From Dehalococcoidia bacterium (GTDB lineage Bacteria > Chloroflexota > Dehalococcoidia > Lucifugimonadales > UBA2985), in assembly GCA_965263185.1 (NCBI GenBank), contig OZ253588.1:1665454-1729453 (forward strand): a stretch of DNA of 64,000 nucleotides. Reading direction: 5' to 3'. The position numbers were made by a program, and so were the translations under genes. The notes beneath the pieces are model-generated. The model had not been told where the DNA came from. It was given only the letters and a program-made list of their open reading frames with translations, and searched no databases. Shown here piece by piece: positions 9,048-18,229 of this stretch (positions within the stretch are counted from its first letter, which is position 1; each line of letters starts with the position of its first letter).

Positions 9048-10226
9048 TTACGTGGCGCGGACGCGCTTGCCGTTCAGCATTTTGCCTATTGCGGTGTAGC
9101 GGACGCCAAACTCGTAGACGACCAGCAGGATTGCGGTCACGGCCACGCATATCAGCGCGAACCTGAGATGGACGCTGACCGGCCAGCCCAGGGACAGCTT
9201 GTACCCGACGACTATCAGGGGCAGGTGCCACAGGTACAGCCAGTATGACGCATCCGATACGTAGCGCACCCAGGCCCGCTCCCGCGCCGCTATCCAGCGG
9301 AACAGCCCCATCAGCCCGAAGCACATTAGCCAGGCGTAGCCCGCTTGCAGCGCCGCAGCCACAGGATGAGTCCACTCAGCCTTTACTTCGTACAGAAGCG
9401 CCAGCGCGCCGAAGAGTACCACCGTAAGCGAGGGCAGCAGCGCGATAGTCCACCACCGGCTCACCGCCAGGCTGCGCCGGTAGAAGAACGCCCCGAATAC
9501 GAAGAATAGGGCGTAGTAACCCAGCACAACGGGATGAGGGATCAGTCCTTCGGAGGTATCGGGGCCAAAGACGGGCTCCTCCATCATCAACTGCGGCAGG
9601 AGGGTGAGCGGAATCGCCAGCCACCATATCACCGGATGGCTGAACTTCACGCCCAGCTTTGCCGCCAGCATGAATCCGCCGGCCAGCCACAGCAGAAACC
9701 ACAGGAACCAGAGGTGGGTGAAGGTCTCCAGCCAGATGAACGGCCACCAGTAGAGTTGGAAGTCGGTCTTGGGGTCGAAGGCCCATACCAGGGTCCATAT
9801 GGTGATTGGGATGACGGTGAGCGCGCCAATGGCAAGGGGCAGGCCGATGCGCTTAAGGCGGTGGTCCGCCAGCTGCCGGAGTCCCCTCCGCTGCCACAGC
9901 ATAGCGGTGAAGAAGCCGCTGAGAAGGAAGAAAACGGGCATCCGGAATCCGTGGATTGCAAAGAATATCAGCGTGTAGATACCGGAGACCTGGTTGGGGT
10001 ACTCCTTGGCTGATGCGTCCGGCATGAAGAAGAGGGCGGTGTGCAGGACAATGCCCAGCAGCATCGCAACGGCGCGCAGGGCGTCCAGATCGTGGAATCT
10101 GTTCGCTGTGGTTCTTACAGGCTCAGTCGATGGCGGCGCGACTGGGGCGCCGATGTCGCTGTCTTCGGTCGGTTGGAGCATCTTCGGATTTGGCCTGTGA
10201 AGTGGATATAGCGGTGGCGACTGCAC
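9048..10226 (-). CDS. Acyltransferase family 3 integral membrane protein
   Basis: FHDLDALRAVAMLLGIVLHT opening motif followed by about 10 hydrophobic helices. Exact start uncertain. Confidence 0.75.
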   Translation of the reverse strand: MQSPPLYPLHRPNPKMLQPTEDSDIGAPVAPPSTEPVRTTANRFHDLDALRAVAMLLGIVLHTALFFMPDASAKEYPNQVSGIYTLIFFAIHGFRMPVFFLLSGFFTAMLWQRRGLRQLADHRLKRIGLPLAIGALTVIPITIWTLVWAFDPKTDFQLYWWPFIWLETFTHLWFLWFLLWLAGGFMLAAKLGVKFSHPVIWWLAIPLTLLPQLMMEEPVFGPDTSEGLIPHPVVLGYYALFFVFGAFFYRRSLAVSRWWTIALLPSLTVVLFGALALLYEVKAEWTHPVAAALQAGYAWLMCFGLMGLFRWIAARERAWVRYVSDASYWLYLWHLPLIVVGYKLSLGWPVSVHLRFALICVAVTAILLVVYEFGVRYTAIGKMLNGKRVRAT

Positions 10227-10369
10227 AACCTGATTCGTTGTGTCTACCCGTCCCCACTATAACTGCTGGACGGCGCAATTATACACGAAAGGTGTACACC
10301 TAGTGATATACTGGCCCCAACAGGCTGCGGGGAGATATTCACTTGGCATTCGATAAGCCAGCCATTGAA

Positions 10370-13300
10370 ATGGAGACGGCGGACGCGCCGAAGGCCCTTG
10401 CCGCTGCGGTGACCCCTTTTCGTATCCCCTGGCTCGCCGTTCTGTCAGTTCTGACCGTCGCAGTTCTAAGCGCCTGTATCACGGCTCCACCTCCCACGGC
10501 CGCCCGGGAGCCGACAGCCGCGCCCACTCCCACTACACCTCCGACGCCGACGCCAACGCCCGCGCCCACCGGCACGCCTGTCCCTACTGTTACCCCCGTT
10601 CCAACCGGTACGCTTGTCCCTACCGCTACCCCCGTTCCAACCAGCACGCCTGTCTCTACCGCTACCCCCGTCCCCACCCTACAGCCCAGTGAAGCAATCG
10701 CCGCCCTGGAATGGGTCAGCGACGGTCTAGCCCCTTCCGAGACACCCTCTGTCGAGCGGCTTGAGCTTGCCTCGGCCACGTCCCAGAGATACTTCCGGGC
10801 GCTGATGGACGCGCCTTGGGTCAGGAATAGGCATAGCCTCGCCATCTGGGACGAGCTTGTCAGCGAGCTGACTAAGCTGGCCGCCCTGGACGAGGATGCG
10901 GCGCTGAGAACGTTGGAGATTGAGCTTGCCGAGACCATCGAATACTCGGACGTGGTCACCATAGAGTTCCTGCGCTCACTGGTCGCCTCGGACCCCGAAG
11001 GAATGCGCCGGCTGCTGTCCCATCCCAGCCTGGATGAAGGCGCCGCCGATGGCGAGGACAGCTTCCTTCCACTGCTGTACCTGGAGATGCACGACCCCGA
11101 TGCGGCGGCCCTCGTCGAGGCGCTGCCATGGGTCCGGGACGGGCTCACGTACCTGGACTTCTCGTACGTCGTGGATTTGGTGAGGCTGGCAGGGATATCT
11201 CCGCGGGCGTTCCAGGCCACGCTGCGGGAGGAGAGGGACTGGCTGCCACCCGGCCGGGGCGCCCTTGAATACCCGGAATCGCTCAGGCACATCAACTCCG
11301 TAGCCGCCGTGGACGAGGCGGCGGCGCTGAGCATCATTGACATGCCCTTCCTGGAGACTGTGGAGGAGCCGTACTTCGACGCGTTGGAAAGGCTGGCGGC
11401 GCTGGCCGCATCCCACCCGCAGGATCTGCCTGAGGTGGTGGCTCACCCCGCGGTGACCAACGGCGATGAGGCGCTTGTCGGCGCCATCATACGCCTCCTG
11501 GCCCTGCGTCTGAGGGATCCGGAAGTCTCGGCCGCGCTGGAGGGCCTGCCCTGGGTGAAGGAGGGCATCCTCGGGTACATGGAAGATACAGCCTCCGCCG
11601 ACCCGGACCCGCTCCGTCAGGATTTCGCGGACGTATTTGACCTGCTGCTTCTGCTGGAGCGGGGCCCTTCTGGGCGGGAGTTGTTCCTGACGGCTGTAGC
11701 CAAGACCTGGTTGCAGAATGGCATGACCGACTATGAACGGGAGGTAGTGTCCGCTCTCGTATCCGAGAGCAATAGGGAACCGGAAAGCGCCCTGCGCCTT
11801 GCAAGCAGGCAATCCCTGGACGCCATAGCCGCTTTGCCGTGGCTGCAGAGTGGGGAGGAGCCGTACGAGCTATCTCACATACAAACCTTGGTACAGTTGG
11901 GCGGGCTGGAGGACGACCAGGTCTTCTGGGCCGTCCTGGACAGGCCATGGGCGCAGGATGGGATCACGAGCGATGAGGCAGACTTGATTGGAAGTCTCCT
12001 CCGCGCCTTCGGCGAAACAGGGGGCAGATTGTGGGAGGCCTTGCGGGACATTGAGGGATACGGAGACTACGAGTTGAGTATATCCGTCATCTCACTCCAC
12101 CTGGGACAGCGCGATCCGGAGGCCGCAGCCGCGCTTGCGGCCCTGCCGTGGGTCCAGGATGGCATTGACATGTCCCCCGAGGATGGTAGAGAGTTCAGTT
12201 TAGTGGTGGAACTGCTGCGCGTGTGGGAACAGTGGAGTGAGCAACCCAGTCTGTTCTTGGACTTGCTGAGCAAGCCCTGGGTCCGCGACGGCGTCGACGG
12301 TCATGAGCAGGATATGCTGAAAGGACTTGGATATATGTCCACCGCGTGGGCTGGGCGCCTGCTGCCGATGCCCTTCCTGGACACCGTGGAACCGACCGAA
12401 GTAGGGATGATGACGATATTATGGGAAATGGCGACGCTCCATCTGGCCGAGCTGGAGGGAATCCTGGAGCGCCCTGAGATCGCGGAGGGATTGACCGATG
12501 ACAACTTGGGGGCCGTGGCGCTGTCCAGACTCCTGTTCCAGCATCCCCGGGCGGCGGCTGCGATAGAATCGCTGCCGTGGTACAGGCTGGGGATGGGCGC
12601 GTCCGCATGGGGTCGGACGCTGGAGCTGATCCGCCTGGCTGAGGACGCTGACGACCGTGTCTTCTGGGCAGTCATGGACAGGCCGTGGGTGGGGGACGGC
12701 TTTACGGCCGATGAGGCAACCTTGATCAGCGGTATTCGAGATCTGCCGGCGGAGGACGCCCTGCGACTCCTGGAGATGCCGTTCCTCGAGTCGGTGGAGG
12801 GCGTTGATGCGGCTGCAATGTCTGCGATGAGAATAATGTCCTTTAGGGAGGATGGCTTATACCTGCAGAAGGTACTGTCGCTCCCCACCGTGAGCGACGG
12901 CATCACGGACGACGAGGCGATACGCCTCGCAGTTTTGAGTATCGTGGACTACAGACGGCTGGAGTCGCTGGCGCCGGCCATCCTGGACCCGGAGCGCGCC
13001 TCGTTGTCCCGGCGCACCGTCTCGCTGCCCCTGGCCGGGGACACCACCCTGGCGGTCGTCGAAGTCGGCTCCGGCGCCTCCGTATCGCTGGACACGCTGG
13101 AGAGGATTGTGAGGGCCCAGGAGGAGTTCATGGGTGTGCCTTTCCAGACAAGCTATGTCGCCCTGCTGACCGCAGACGCCAATAGATCCGGGGGAGGTGG
13201 AAGCTCCCGGGGCGTCATTACGGTCGATCCTGGGTTCGATGGCTCACCAAACCCTGTCGCTCACGAGGCCGGACACATCTACTGGTCGCATGGCGGCGCT

Positions 13301-13723
13301 TCGTGGATAAGGGAAGGGGGCGCCTCGCTCATGGAGATGATAGCGCTGAACGCCATGTTCGGTACGGCCATAGGACCGCCCTTCACCGGGTGCACTCTTG
13401 CCGAGAACATTAGAGAGTTTGAACAGGTGGTTGATGACCTGTATGCATCTGGATCCACGTCCGCTCTGGACACGATCTACGGCTCAGGCTGCCCGTACAG
13501 CCTGGGACAGGGGCTGTTCCTGGACCTGTACCGGGAGTTGGGGCGTGACACTTTCCGCCAGGGGTTCGCAAGGCTGTACACACTGCTGAACCAAGATGTC
13601 TATAGTGAGTACATCGGCATCAACTACGTGAGGGTGGCCTTCGTAGAGGACGCTGCTCCGGAGGCCGCGGCCATCGCGGAGCGTGTCATACACAAGTGGT
13701 ACTCCGGCACTCCGTTTCCGTAG
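10370..13723 (+). CDS. Large lipoprotein: PT-rich linker, about 11 PWxxDG repeats, C-terminal HExxH (Peptidase_MA_2-like) domain
   Basis: Lipobox VLSAC, then PTPT linker, recurring (A/R)LPW(V/A/L)xDG motifs, and HEAGHIYW...WIREGGASLME near the C-terminus. ATG 10370 preferred over TTG 10343. Confidence 0.75.
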   Translation: METADAPKALAAAVTPFRIPWLAVLSVLTVAVLSACITAPPPTAAREPTAAPTPTTPPTPTPTPAPTGTPVPTVTPVPTGTLVPTATPVPTSTPVSTATPVPTLQPSEAIAALEWVSDGLAPSETPSVERLELASATSQRYFRALMDAPWVRNRHSLAIWDELVSELTKLAALDEDAALRTLEIELAETIEYSDVVTIEFLRSLVASDPEGMRRLLSHPSLDEGAADGEDSFLPLLYLEMHDPDAAALVEALPWVRDGLTYLDFSYVVDLVRLAGISPRAFQATLREERDWLPPGRGALEYPESLRHINSVAAVDEAAALSIIDMPFLETVEEPYFDALERLAALAASHPQDLPEVVAHPAVTNGDEALVGAIIRLLALRLRDPEVSAALEGLPWVKEGILGYMEDTASADPDPLRQDFADVFDLLLLLERGPSGRELFLTAVAKTWLQNGMTDYEREVVSALVSESNREPESALRLASRQSLDAIAALPWLQSGEEPYELSHIQTLVQLGGLEDDQVFWAVLDRPWAQDGITSDEADLIGSLLRAFGETGGRLWEALRDIEGYGDYELSISVISLHLGQRDPEAAAALAALPWVQDGIDMSPEDGREFSLVVELLRVWEQWSEQPSLFLDLLSKPWVRDGVDGHEQDMLKGLGYMSTAWAGRLLPMPFLDTVEPTEVGMMTILWEMATLHLAELEGILERPEIAEGLTDDNLGAVALSRLLFQHPRAAAAIESLPWYRLGMGASAWGRTLELIRLAEDADDRVFWAVMDRPWVGDGFTADEATLISGIRDLPAEDALRLLEMPFLESVEGVDAAAMSAMRIMSFREDGLYLQKVLSLPTVSDGITDDEAIRLAVLSIVDYRRLESLAPAILDPERASLSRRTVSLPLAGDTTLAVVEVGSGASVSLDTLERIVRAQEEFMGVPFQTSYVALLTADANRSGGGGSSRGVITVDPGFDGSPNPVAHEAGHIYWSHGGASWIREGGASLMEMIALNAMFGTAIGPPFTGCTLAENIREFEQVVDDLYASGSTSALDTIYGSGCPYSLGQGLFLDLYRELGRDTFRQGFARLYTLLNQDVYSEYIGINYVRVAFVEDAAPEAAAIAERVIHKWYSGTPFP
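10571..10678 (+). repeat. Three tandem 36-bp units encoding (G/S)TPVPTxTPVPT linker
   Basis: Units 10571-10606, 10607-10642 and 10643-10678 are near-identical and in frame inside the lipoprotein gene. Confidence 0.8.
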
Positions 13724-13892
13724 GCGGGCGGCTGGACGGCGACCTGTTATACCCACCTAAGCAGACTCGAACCGCTCATATAGGGTTGTGGCGCCAGACC
13801 TGTCTCTCAACCCCACTAGATCTGCCTGGTTGAATCAAAATCTATAACCCACGAGTACCGCAGCTACTGGCGTCGATTGAGAAATATGTATG

Positions 13893-13932
13893 GCCCCGCT
13901 CATCCAGAGCCTGTCGAAGGGCGTGAGCGGAA
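13893..13932. repeat. Intergenic repeat module, locus R4
   Basis: CCGCTCATCCAGAGCCTGTCGAAGGGCGTGAGCGG, same module family as R1-R3. Confidence 0.7.
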
Positions 13933-14034
13933 CGCGGTGGCGTCCGCCCCTTGTTTTATGCGTTCCATGTGGTATAGTATCTTCGCCTTGAGCAACGCCC
14001 GATGGGTTGCGGAACAGGCTTAACATCTGAAGAA

Positions 14035-14190
14035 TCTCGGCGCGTGAGCCCGCAAGGGCTTAGCAGAGGAAGCCGGTGAGAGGCCGGCGCTGTCCCGCAA
14101 CTGTATGCCGGAAACCAACGCTTCCGGTGAGCCAGGTCCACTGCGCGCGCCGATGTCAAACGGCCTTCGAGGAAAGGCGCGGGCATAATC
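14035..14190 (+). promoter_or_regulatory. Cobalamin (B12) riboswitch aptamer
   Basis: Core GGAAGCCGGTGAGAGGCCGGCGCTGTCCCGCAACTGTA and downstream GAGCCAGGTCCACTG match the conserved cobalamin-riboswitch core and B12-box region as I recall them. Confidence 0.78.
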
Positions 14191-14202
14191 ATCTGTGATG
14201 AC

Positions 14203-14234
14203 GAACCCTGTCCAACTCCCGGGCAGGGTTTTTT
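14203..14234 (+). terminator. Riboswitch expression-platform intrinsic terminator
   Basis: AACCCTG-N13-CAGGGTT followed by TTTTTTG, between the aptamer and the first regulated ATG (14306). Confidence 0.6.
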
Positions 14235-14305
14235 GTTGCCCTAGCCGCCTCCATAGCTGTCCCATGCAGTCCGATTCATCCACGGAGACAAAAAGGAGGC
14301 AGCGC

Positions 14306-14947
14306 ATGAGTTACATAGCAGGAGTTTCGCACCGGTCGCAGAGACAGGGGGCAGGTATAGCAGCCGGCGCGCTTGCGCGAGAGTTGGTTGTTCCCACCGC
14401 CTTCATCCTGGCAATCCTGGCCTCCAACTTCGCGCTGGCGTCCCAGCCCAACGTCAAGCTCTTTGACCTGATGGTCTTTGTGGCCGGCTTCACCCTGGGC
14501 TTCCGGCGCGGCATGGTGGTGGCCGCCGGGGCATGGCTGGTCTACGGCACGTTCAACCCGTGGGGCGCGGCCGGGCCGATGCTCCTGGCGACGATGATGA
14601 TGTCGGAGGCCGCGTACGCGCTGGCTGGCGCGGGCTTGGGTCGATTGGTCTCTCCCCAACGGCTGTCCATCCTGCCGGGGCGATGGAACCTCCTGTTCGC
14701 CGCCGCGGCGCTGGTATCCACCCTGGCCTACGATGCGCTGACCAACGTCTACACGGGCATCGTGTGGGCGCAGGTGGCCGGGGCCTTTGAATACAAGCGG
14801 TGGATACTGATAGCGCTCTTCAACCCCGGCGCGTTGCTTTTCTCCGCCTACCACGTTGGCAGCAACGTCCTGTTCTTCGCGTTGCTTGGGCCCATGCTGG
14901 TCAAGGGCGTCGACAGGGCCAGGAAGTCGCTACCTTGGGAACGATGA
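14306..14947 (+). CDS. Multi-pass membrane protein, ECF S-component-like (putative corrinoid uptake)
   Basis: About 6 hydrophobic helices, AAAAGGAGG SD before ATG 14306. Function inferred from riboswitch control and the DUF4430 partner. Confidence 0.55.
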   Translation: MSYIAGVSHRSQRQGAGIAAGALARELVVPTAFILAILASNFALASQPNVKLFDLMVFVAGFTLGFRRGMVVAAGAWLVYGTFNPWGAAGPMLLATMMMSEAAYALAGAGLGRLVSPQRLSILPGRWNLLFAAAALVSTLAYDALTNVYTGIVWAQVAGAFEYKRWILIALFNPGALLFSAYHVGSNVLFFALLGPMLVKGVDRARKSLPWER

Positions 14948-15423
14948 TGCATCGCAGACTCGCTTACGCCGCTTTACTTGCGATGGCCCTGGTGTCCGCG
15001 CTCGTCACCGGGTGCGGAGCGCTCCAGGTAGAGGTTGGAGAGGTTACGCCCACGGCAATGCCACTGCCGACCATACAGGTCAGCCTGCTGATTCACTTCA
15101 GCGAGGAAGACGCGCGCTGGTTCCGGGACTTTGAGGTAGCCAAGGGTACCAACGCCTACGAGCTTACGGAGCAGGTGACCGAGGGCGAGCTGGAGTCGAC
15201 CTACTATGCCTCGTTCTTTGCCCACTTCGTAGAGGAGATCATGGGCGTTGCCAACGAAGGCTCCACCTACTGGGCCATATTTCTGTGGAACGAGTCGCAA
15301 TCGCTGTGGGAGCTGCTTCCCGTGGGCGCAGACCTGTTCTCGCTCAAGGACGGCCACGTGCTGGCATGGGCTTACACGGACTCAAGCGCGGAGCCAAAGC
15401 AGACGCCGTCCGTCACGCCGTGA
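14944..15423 (+). CDS. DUF4430-type (transcobalamin-like) lipoprotein
   Basis: Lipobox LVTGC. YWAIFLWNE...LKDGHVLAWAY resembles the DUF4430 signature. ATGA overlap with the upstream gene. Confidence 0.7.
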   Translation: MMHRRLAYAALLAMALVSALVTGCGALQVEVGEVTPTAMPLPTIQVSLLIHFSEEDARWFRDFEVAKGTNAYELTEQVTEGELESTYYASFFAHFVEEIMGVANEGSTYWAIFLWNESQSLWELLPVGADLFSLKDGHVLAWAYTDSSAEPKQTPSVTP

Positions 15424-15475
15424 GGTGGGGAGCGGGACAAGCATTTGCGAAGTTGGCTGCGCCCCGCTCGCAGCC

Positions 15476-15526
15476 CGCCCCGTACTTGATACGGGGGTGA
15501 GCCTGTCGAACCATTCGAGCGAGAGG
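15476..15526. repeat. Intergenic repeat module, locus R5
   Basis: ACTTGATACGGGGGTGAGCCTGTCGAACCA parallels ACTTGATGATGGGGTGAGCCGTCGAACCA at 1555-1583. Confidence 0.7.
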
Positions 15527-15585
15527 GGAGTGGCGCTCCAACCAACGTTGGCATTACCAACAAGGGTCCACTTAATGAGGCTTTC

Positions 15586-16161
15586 ATGACAACTATTAGA
15601 CCTATTGAAACAGAGCGTCTCGTACTGCGCGACTTCACCAGGGACGATTGGCAGGCCCTGCATCTGTATGGATCAGACCCCGAGGTCATGAAATGGTTGC
15701 ATCTGCTTCCGAACTCTGTGGAGCGCTCGCGGGAAGTAATCGAGCAGCACATTTCTAGTCAGCATGAGGAGCCACGGACAAGGTATGAACTCGCGATTAC
15801 GTTGGCCTCTACCGGCGAACTCATTGGCAGTTCAAGTATTAGGATGGTGTGGCCCAGAAACAGAGAGACCTCCATGGGTTACGTGCTACGCAGAGACTCA
15901 TGGGGAAAGGGATACGCTACAGAGGCCGCCAGAGAGATGCTCCGGATAGGCTTTGAGCTGTTGGAGGCGCACAGGGTGTTCGCGTCTGTTGACACGGAGA
16001 ATACCGGCAGCATCAGAGTATTGCATAAGCTCGGCATGACCGAAGAGGGGATATTCCGGCAGAGCCATTGGTCCCCGGCCCACAATAGTTGGCGAGACAT
16101 GTACCACTACGCAATCCTGGAAGAGGAGTGGCGCAGTTGGCATGGATCAATGATGGCCTGA
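15586..16161 (+). CDS. GNAT N-acetyltransferase (RimJ/RimL-like)
   Basis: ETERLVLRDFTRDDWQALHLY opening and GKGYATEAAREML acetyl-CoA motif. Confidence 0.8.
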   Translation: MTTIRPIETERLVLRDFTRDDWQALHLYGSDPEVMKWLHLLPNSVERSREVIEQHISSQHEEPRTRYELAITLASTGELIGSSSIRMVWPRNRETSMGYVLRRDSWGKGYATEAAREMLRIGFELLEAHRVFASVDTENTGSIRVLHKLGMTEEGIFRQSHWSPAHNSWRDMYHYAILEEEWRSWHGSMMA

Positions 16162-16197
16162 AGCCACAGGAGGAGCTGAAATGGAGGCGGATCGCTT

Positions 16198-16701
16198 ATG
16201 GATATAAAAGTAGTAGAGGCGTCTCTCGAGCAGAAGCCGGCGTTGCATCGTCTCATGCAGCTGTATCTTTACGACTCCACTGAATTCACCGGCGATGACG
16301 CCAGCACGGACGGAGTGTTCACGTATCGCTATTTCGATGAGTACTGGCGTGAGCCTGACAGATTCCCGTTCCTGATCTACTGCGGCGCCAACCTTGCCGG
16401 ATTCGTACTCGTCAACTCCCACACTGTGGTCTTGGAACAGGGGGCGGGAAGGTCGATAGCCGAGTTCTTTGTCATGCGCAAGTATCGGAGACAGGGAGTG
16501 GGCAGACGGGCCGCCTTCTACGCTTTTGACAGATTCCCGGGGCTATGGGAAGTTCGCGAGAATAGCAATAACTTTGCCGGTCAGGAGTTCTGGAGGACTA
16601 TCATCGCGGAATACACTGGGGGAGAGTTTTCGGAAACAGTCCTGAATACGCCCAGCTGGATTGGCCCTATCCAGACATTGGATAACTCGCGAAGGGGCTA
16701 A
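16198..16701 (+). CDS. GNAT-family acetyltransferase
   Basis: FFVMRKYRRQGVGRRAAFYAF acetyl-CoA binding motif. Confidence 0.7.
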   Translation: MDIKVVEASLEQKPALHRLMQLYLYDSTEFTGDDASTDGVFTYRYFDEYWREPDRFPFLIYCGANLAGFVLVNSHTVVLEQGAGRSIAEFFVMRKYRRQGVGRRAAFYAFDRFPGLWEVRENSNNFAGQEFWRTIIAEYTGGEFSETVLNTPSWIGPIQTLDNSRRG

Positions 16702-16846
16702 GCACAAGCAGTCATCCGCTAATATGCCACCTTCGACCTCCAGACTCATGTAAGCACAGTTCACCGGTTGGTTGTGTTCACAGTTGTATGGTATTCTCCG
16801 TTGACAGCGCGCCAACAGCCAACTCAGCCTGCGAAATGGAGAGACT

Positions 16847-17548
16847 ATGGAAGAAAAGCATATTGTCGCCTTCGGAGGAGCCAGACCGGTCGGGGCCGGA
16901 ATGCACCCGCTATATAGCTATGTCCTGTCTCTAGTCGGCAAGGAGCGGCCGAAGGTATGCTGCATTCCAACCGCTACCGGAGACACCCCAGCCAATCTCG
17001 TGGGATTCTACAGCAACTTCCAGGCCTCTCTCTGTGAGCCTTCCCATCTAGCGCTATTCGGACGCACGGTGCGTGACATTCGAGAGTACCTGCTGAGTCA
17101 GGACGTCATCTTTGTATCGGGAGGCAACACGGCAAATCTGCTGGCCATATGGCGCGTCCACGGCGTTGACCTGGCGTTGAAAGAAGCGTGGGAAGCAGGT
17201 ATCGTGCTGTGCGGAGGGAGCGCAGGTTCCCTTTGCTGGTTTGAGTGCGGGACCACTGATTCCTTCGACCTGAACGAGCTCAAGCCTATGCACGACGGCT
17301 TGGGGTTTCTCCCAGGCTCCCACTGCCCCCACTACGATGGCGAGGCGCAGCGACGACCTCTCTACCACAGCCTCGTTTCAGAAGGCTTCCCACCCGGATA
17401 TGCGATTGACGATGACGCTGCGATCCACTTCATAGGGACAGAAGTGTCCGAAGTGGTCAGCGGCAGGGCCGGAGCAACAGCGTACCGCGTCGAGTTGATG
17501 GATGGGCAGGTAGTAGAATCTCCCCTGAATGCCCGATCAATCAACTGA
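16847..17548 (+). CDS. Peptidase S51 (dipeptidase E / cyanophycinase-like)
   Basis: VIFVSGGNTANLL and CGGSAGSLCWF (nucleophile Ser) motifs. Confidence 0.75.
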   Translation: MEEKHIVAFGGARPVGAGMHPLYSYVLSLVGKERPKVCCIPTATGDTPANLVGFYSNFQASLCEPSHLALFGRTVRDIREYLLSQDVIFVSGGNTANLLAIWRVHGVDLALKEAWEAGIVLCGGSAGSLCWFECGTTDSFDLNELKPMHDGLGFLPGSHCPHYDGEAQRRPLYHSLVSEGFPPGYAIDDDAAIHFIGTEVSEVVSGRAGATAYRVELMDGQVVESPLNARSIN

Positions 17549-17595
17549 TTCCTCAAGTGGACTAGTTCTCAGATTCCCGAAAGGTGGCCAACCTT

Positions 17596-18075
17596 TTACA
17601 GCCTGCCCCCGTACCCATCATCTATGGGTAGGTTGCTCTGCTGTGCAGCCTTTACCGCCAACTGATCACACCGCTCGTTCTCTGGATTGCCGGCATGTCC
17701 GCGTACCCAGCGAAACTCCACGTCGTGTTGCTCACACAGGGCCAAAAGCTGTGTCCATAGATCCGGGTTGATCGCCGGCTCCTTCTTGTTCCGCATCCAG
17801 CCGTTGGCCTGCCAGCGCTTGGCCCAACCCTTTTCAACGGCGTCGACCACATACCTGGAGTCGCTGTAGAGCGTAACGCGGCAGCTTTCCTTTAGGGACT
17901 CAAGACTCTTTATCGGGCCCATCAACTCCATACGGTTGTTGGTTGTACGGCGGTAGCCACCGCTAAGCTCCCGGCGGTTGTCGCCATGTGCCAGCACTGC
18001 TCCATAGCCGCCGGGGCCTGGATTGCCAGTACATGCGCCGTCTGTGTGTACGATGACGTGTCTTTTTGATGCCAT
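17596..18075 (-). CDS. rnhA: Ribonuclease HI
   Basis: [31 protein letters not shown] and [18 protein letters not shown] motifs. Start trimmed to MASKRH (ORF track extends to 18414). Confidence 0.9.
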   Translation of the reverse strand: MASKRHVIVHTDGACTGNPGPGGYGAVLAHGDNRRELSGGYRRTTNNRMELMGPIKSLESLKESCRVTLYSDSRYVVDAVEKGWAKRWQANGWMRNKKEPAINPDLWTQLLALCEQHDVEFRWVRGHAGNPENERCDQLAVKAAQQSNLPIDDGYGGRL

Positions 18076-18158
18076 TTCAAGAAACCTCGCTAATCTTGGC
18101 GTCTCATCATATATCATCATGTAGACAAGTCCAAGTGTGGTGAGAAAGCAAAATGACG

Positions 18159-18187
18159 TTGACGCGACGCCCCATCCGTCATAATAT
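18159..18187 (+). promoter_or_regulatory. Sigma70-like promoter (TTGACG-17 nt-TAATAT) for the gcv operon
   Basis: Good hexamers and spacing about 45 nt upstream of the gcvT ATG. Confidence 0.4.
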
Positions 18188-18229
18188 GGAATTGACAGCC
18201 ATAACGAATTCCGTTGTATCCAACATCCC

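Noticed and set aside
10571-10678. 36-bp tandem repeats as a possible non-coding satellite
   Set aside because: They are in frame within the large lipoprotein gene and encode a Pro/Thr-rich linker typical of secreted multidomain proteins.
18076-18229. Expected glycine riboswitch upstream of gcvT
   Set aside because: I could not find the conserved glycine-aptamer elements (GGAGAG...CACCG..GGGCAA / CTCAGGCAAAAGGAC-like). The leader from the putative promoter is only about 40 nt. A cmscan with RF00504 would settle it.
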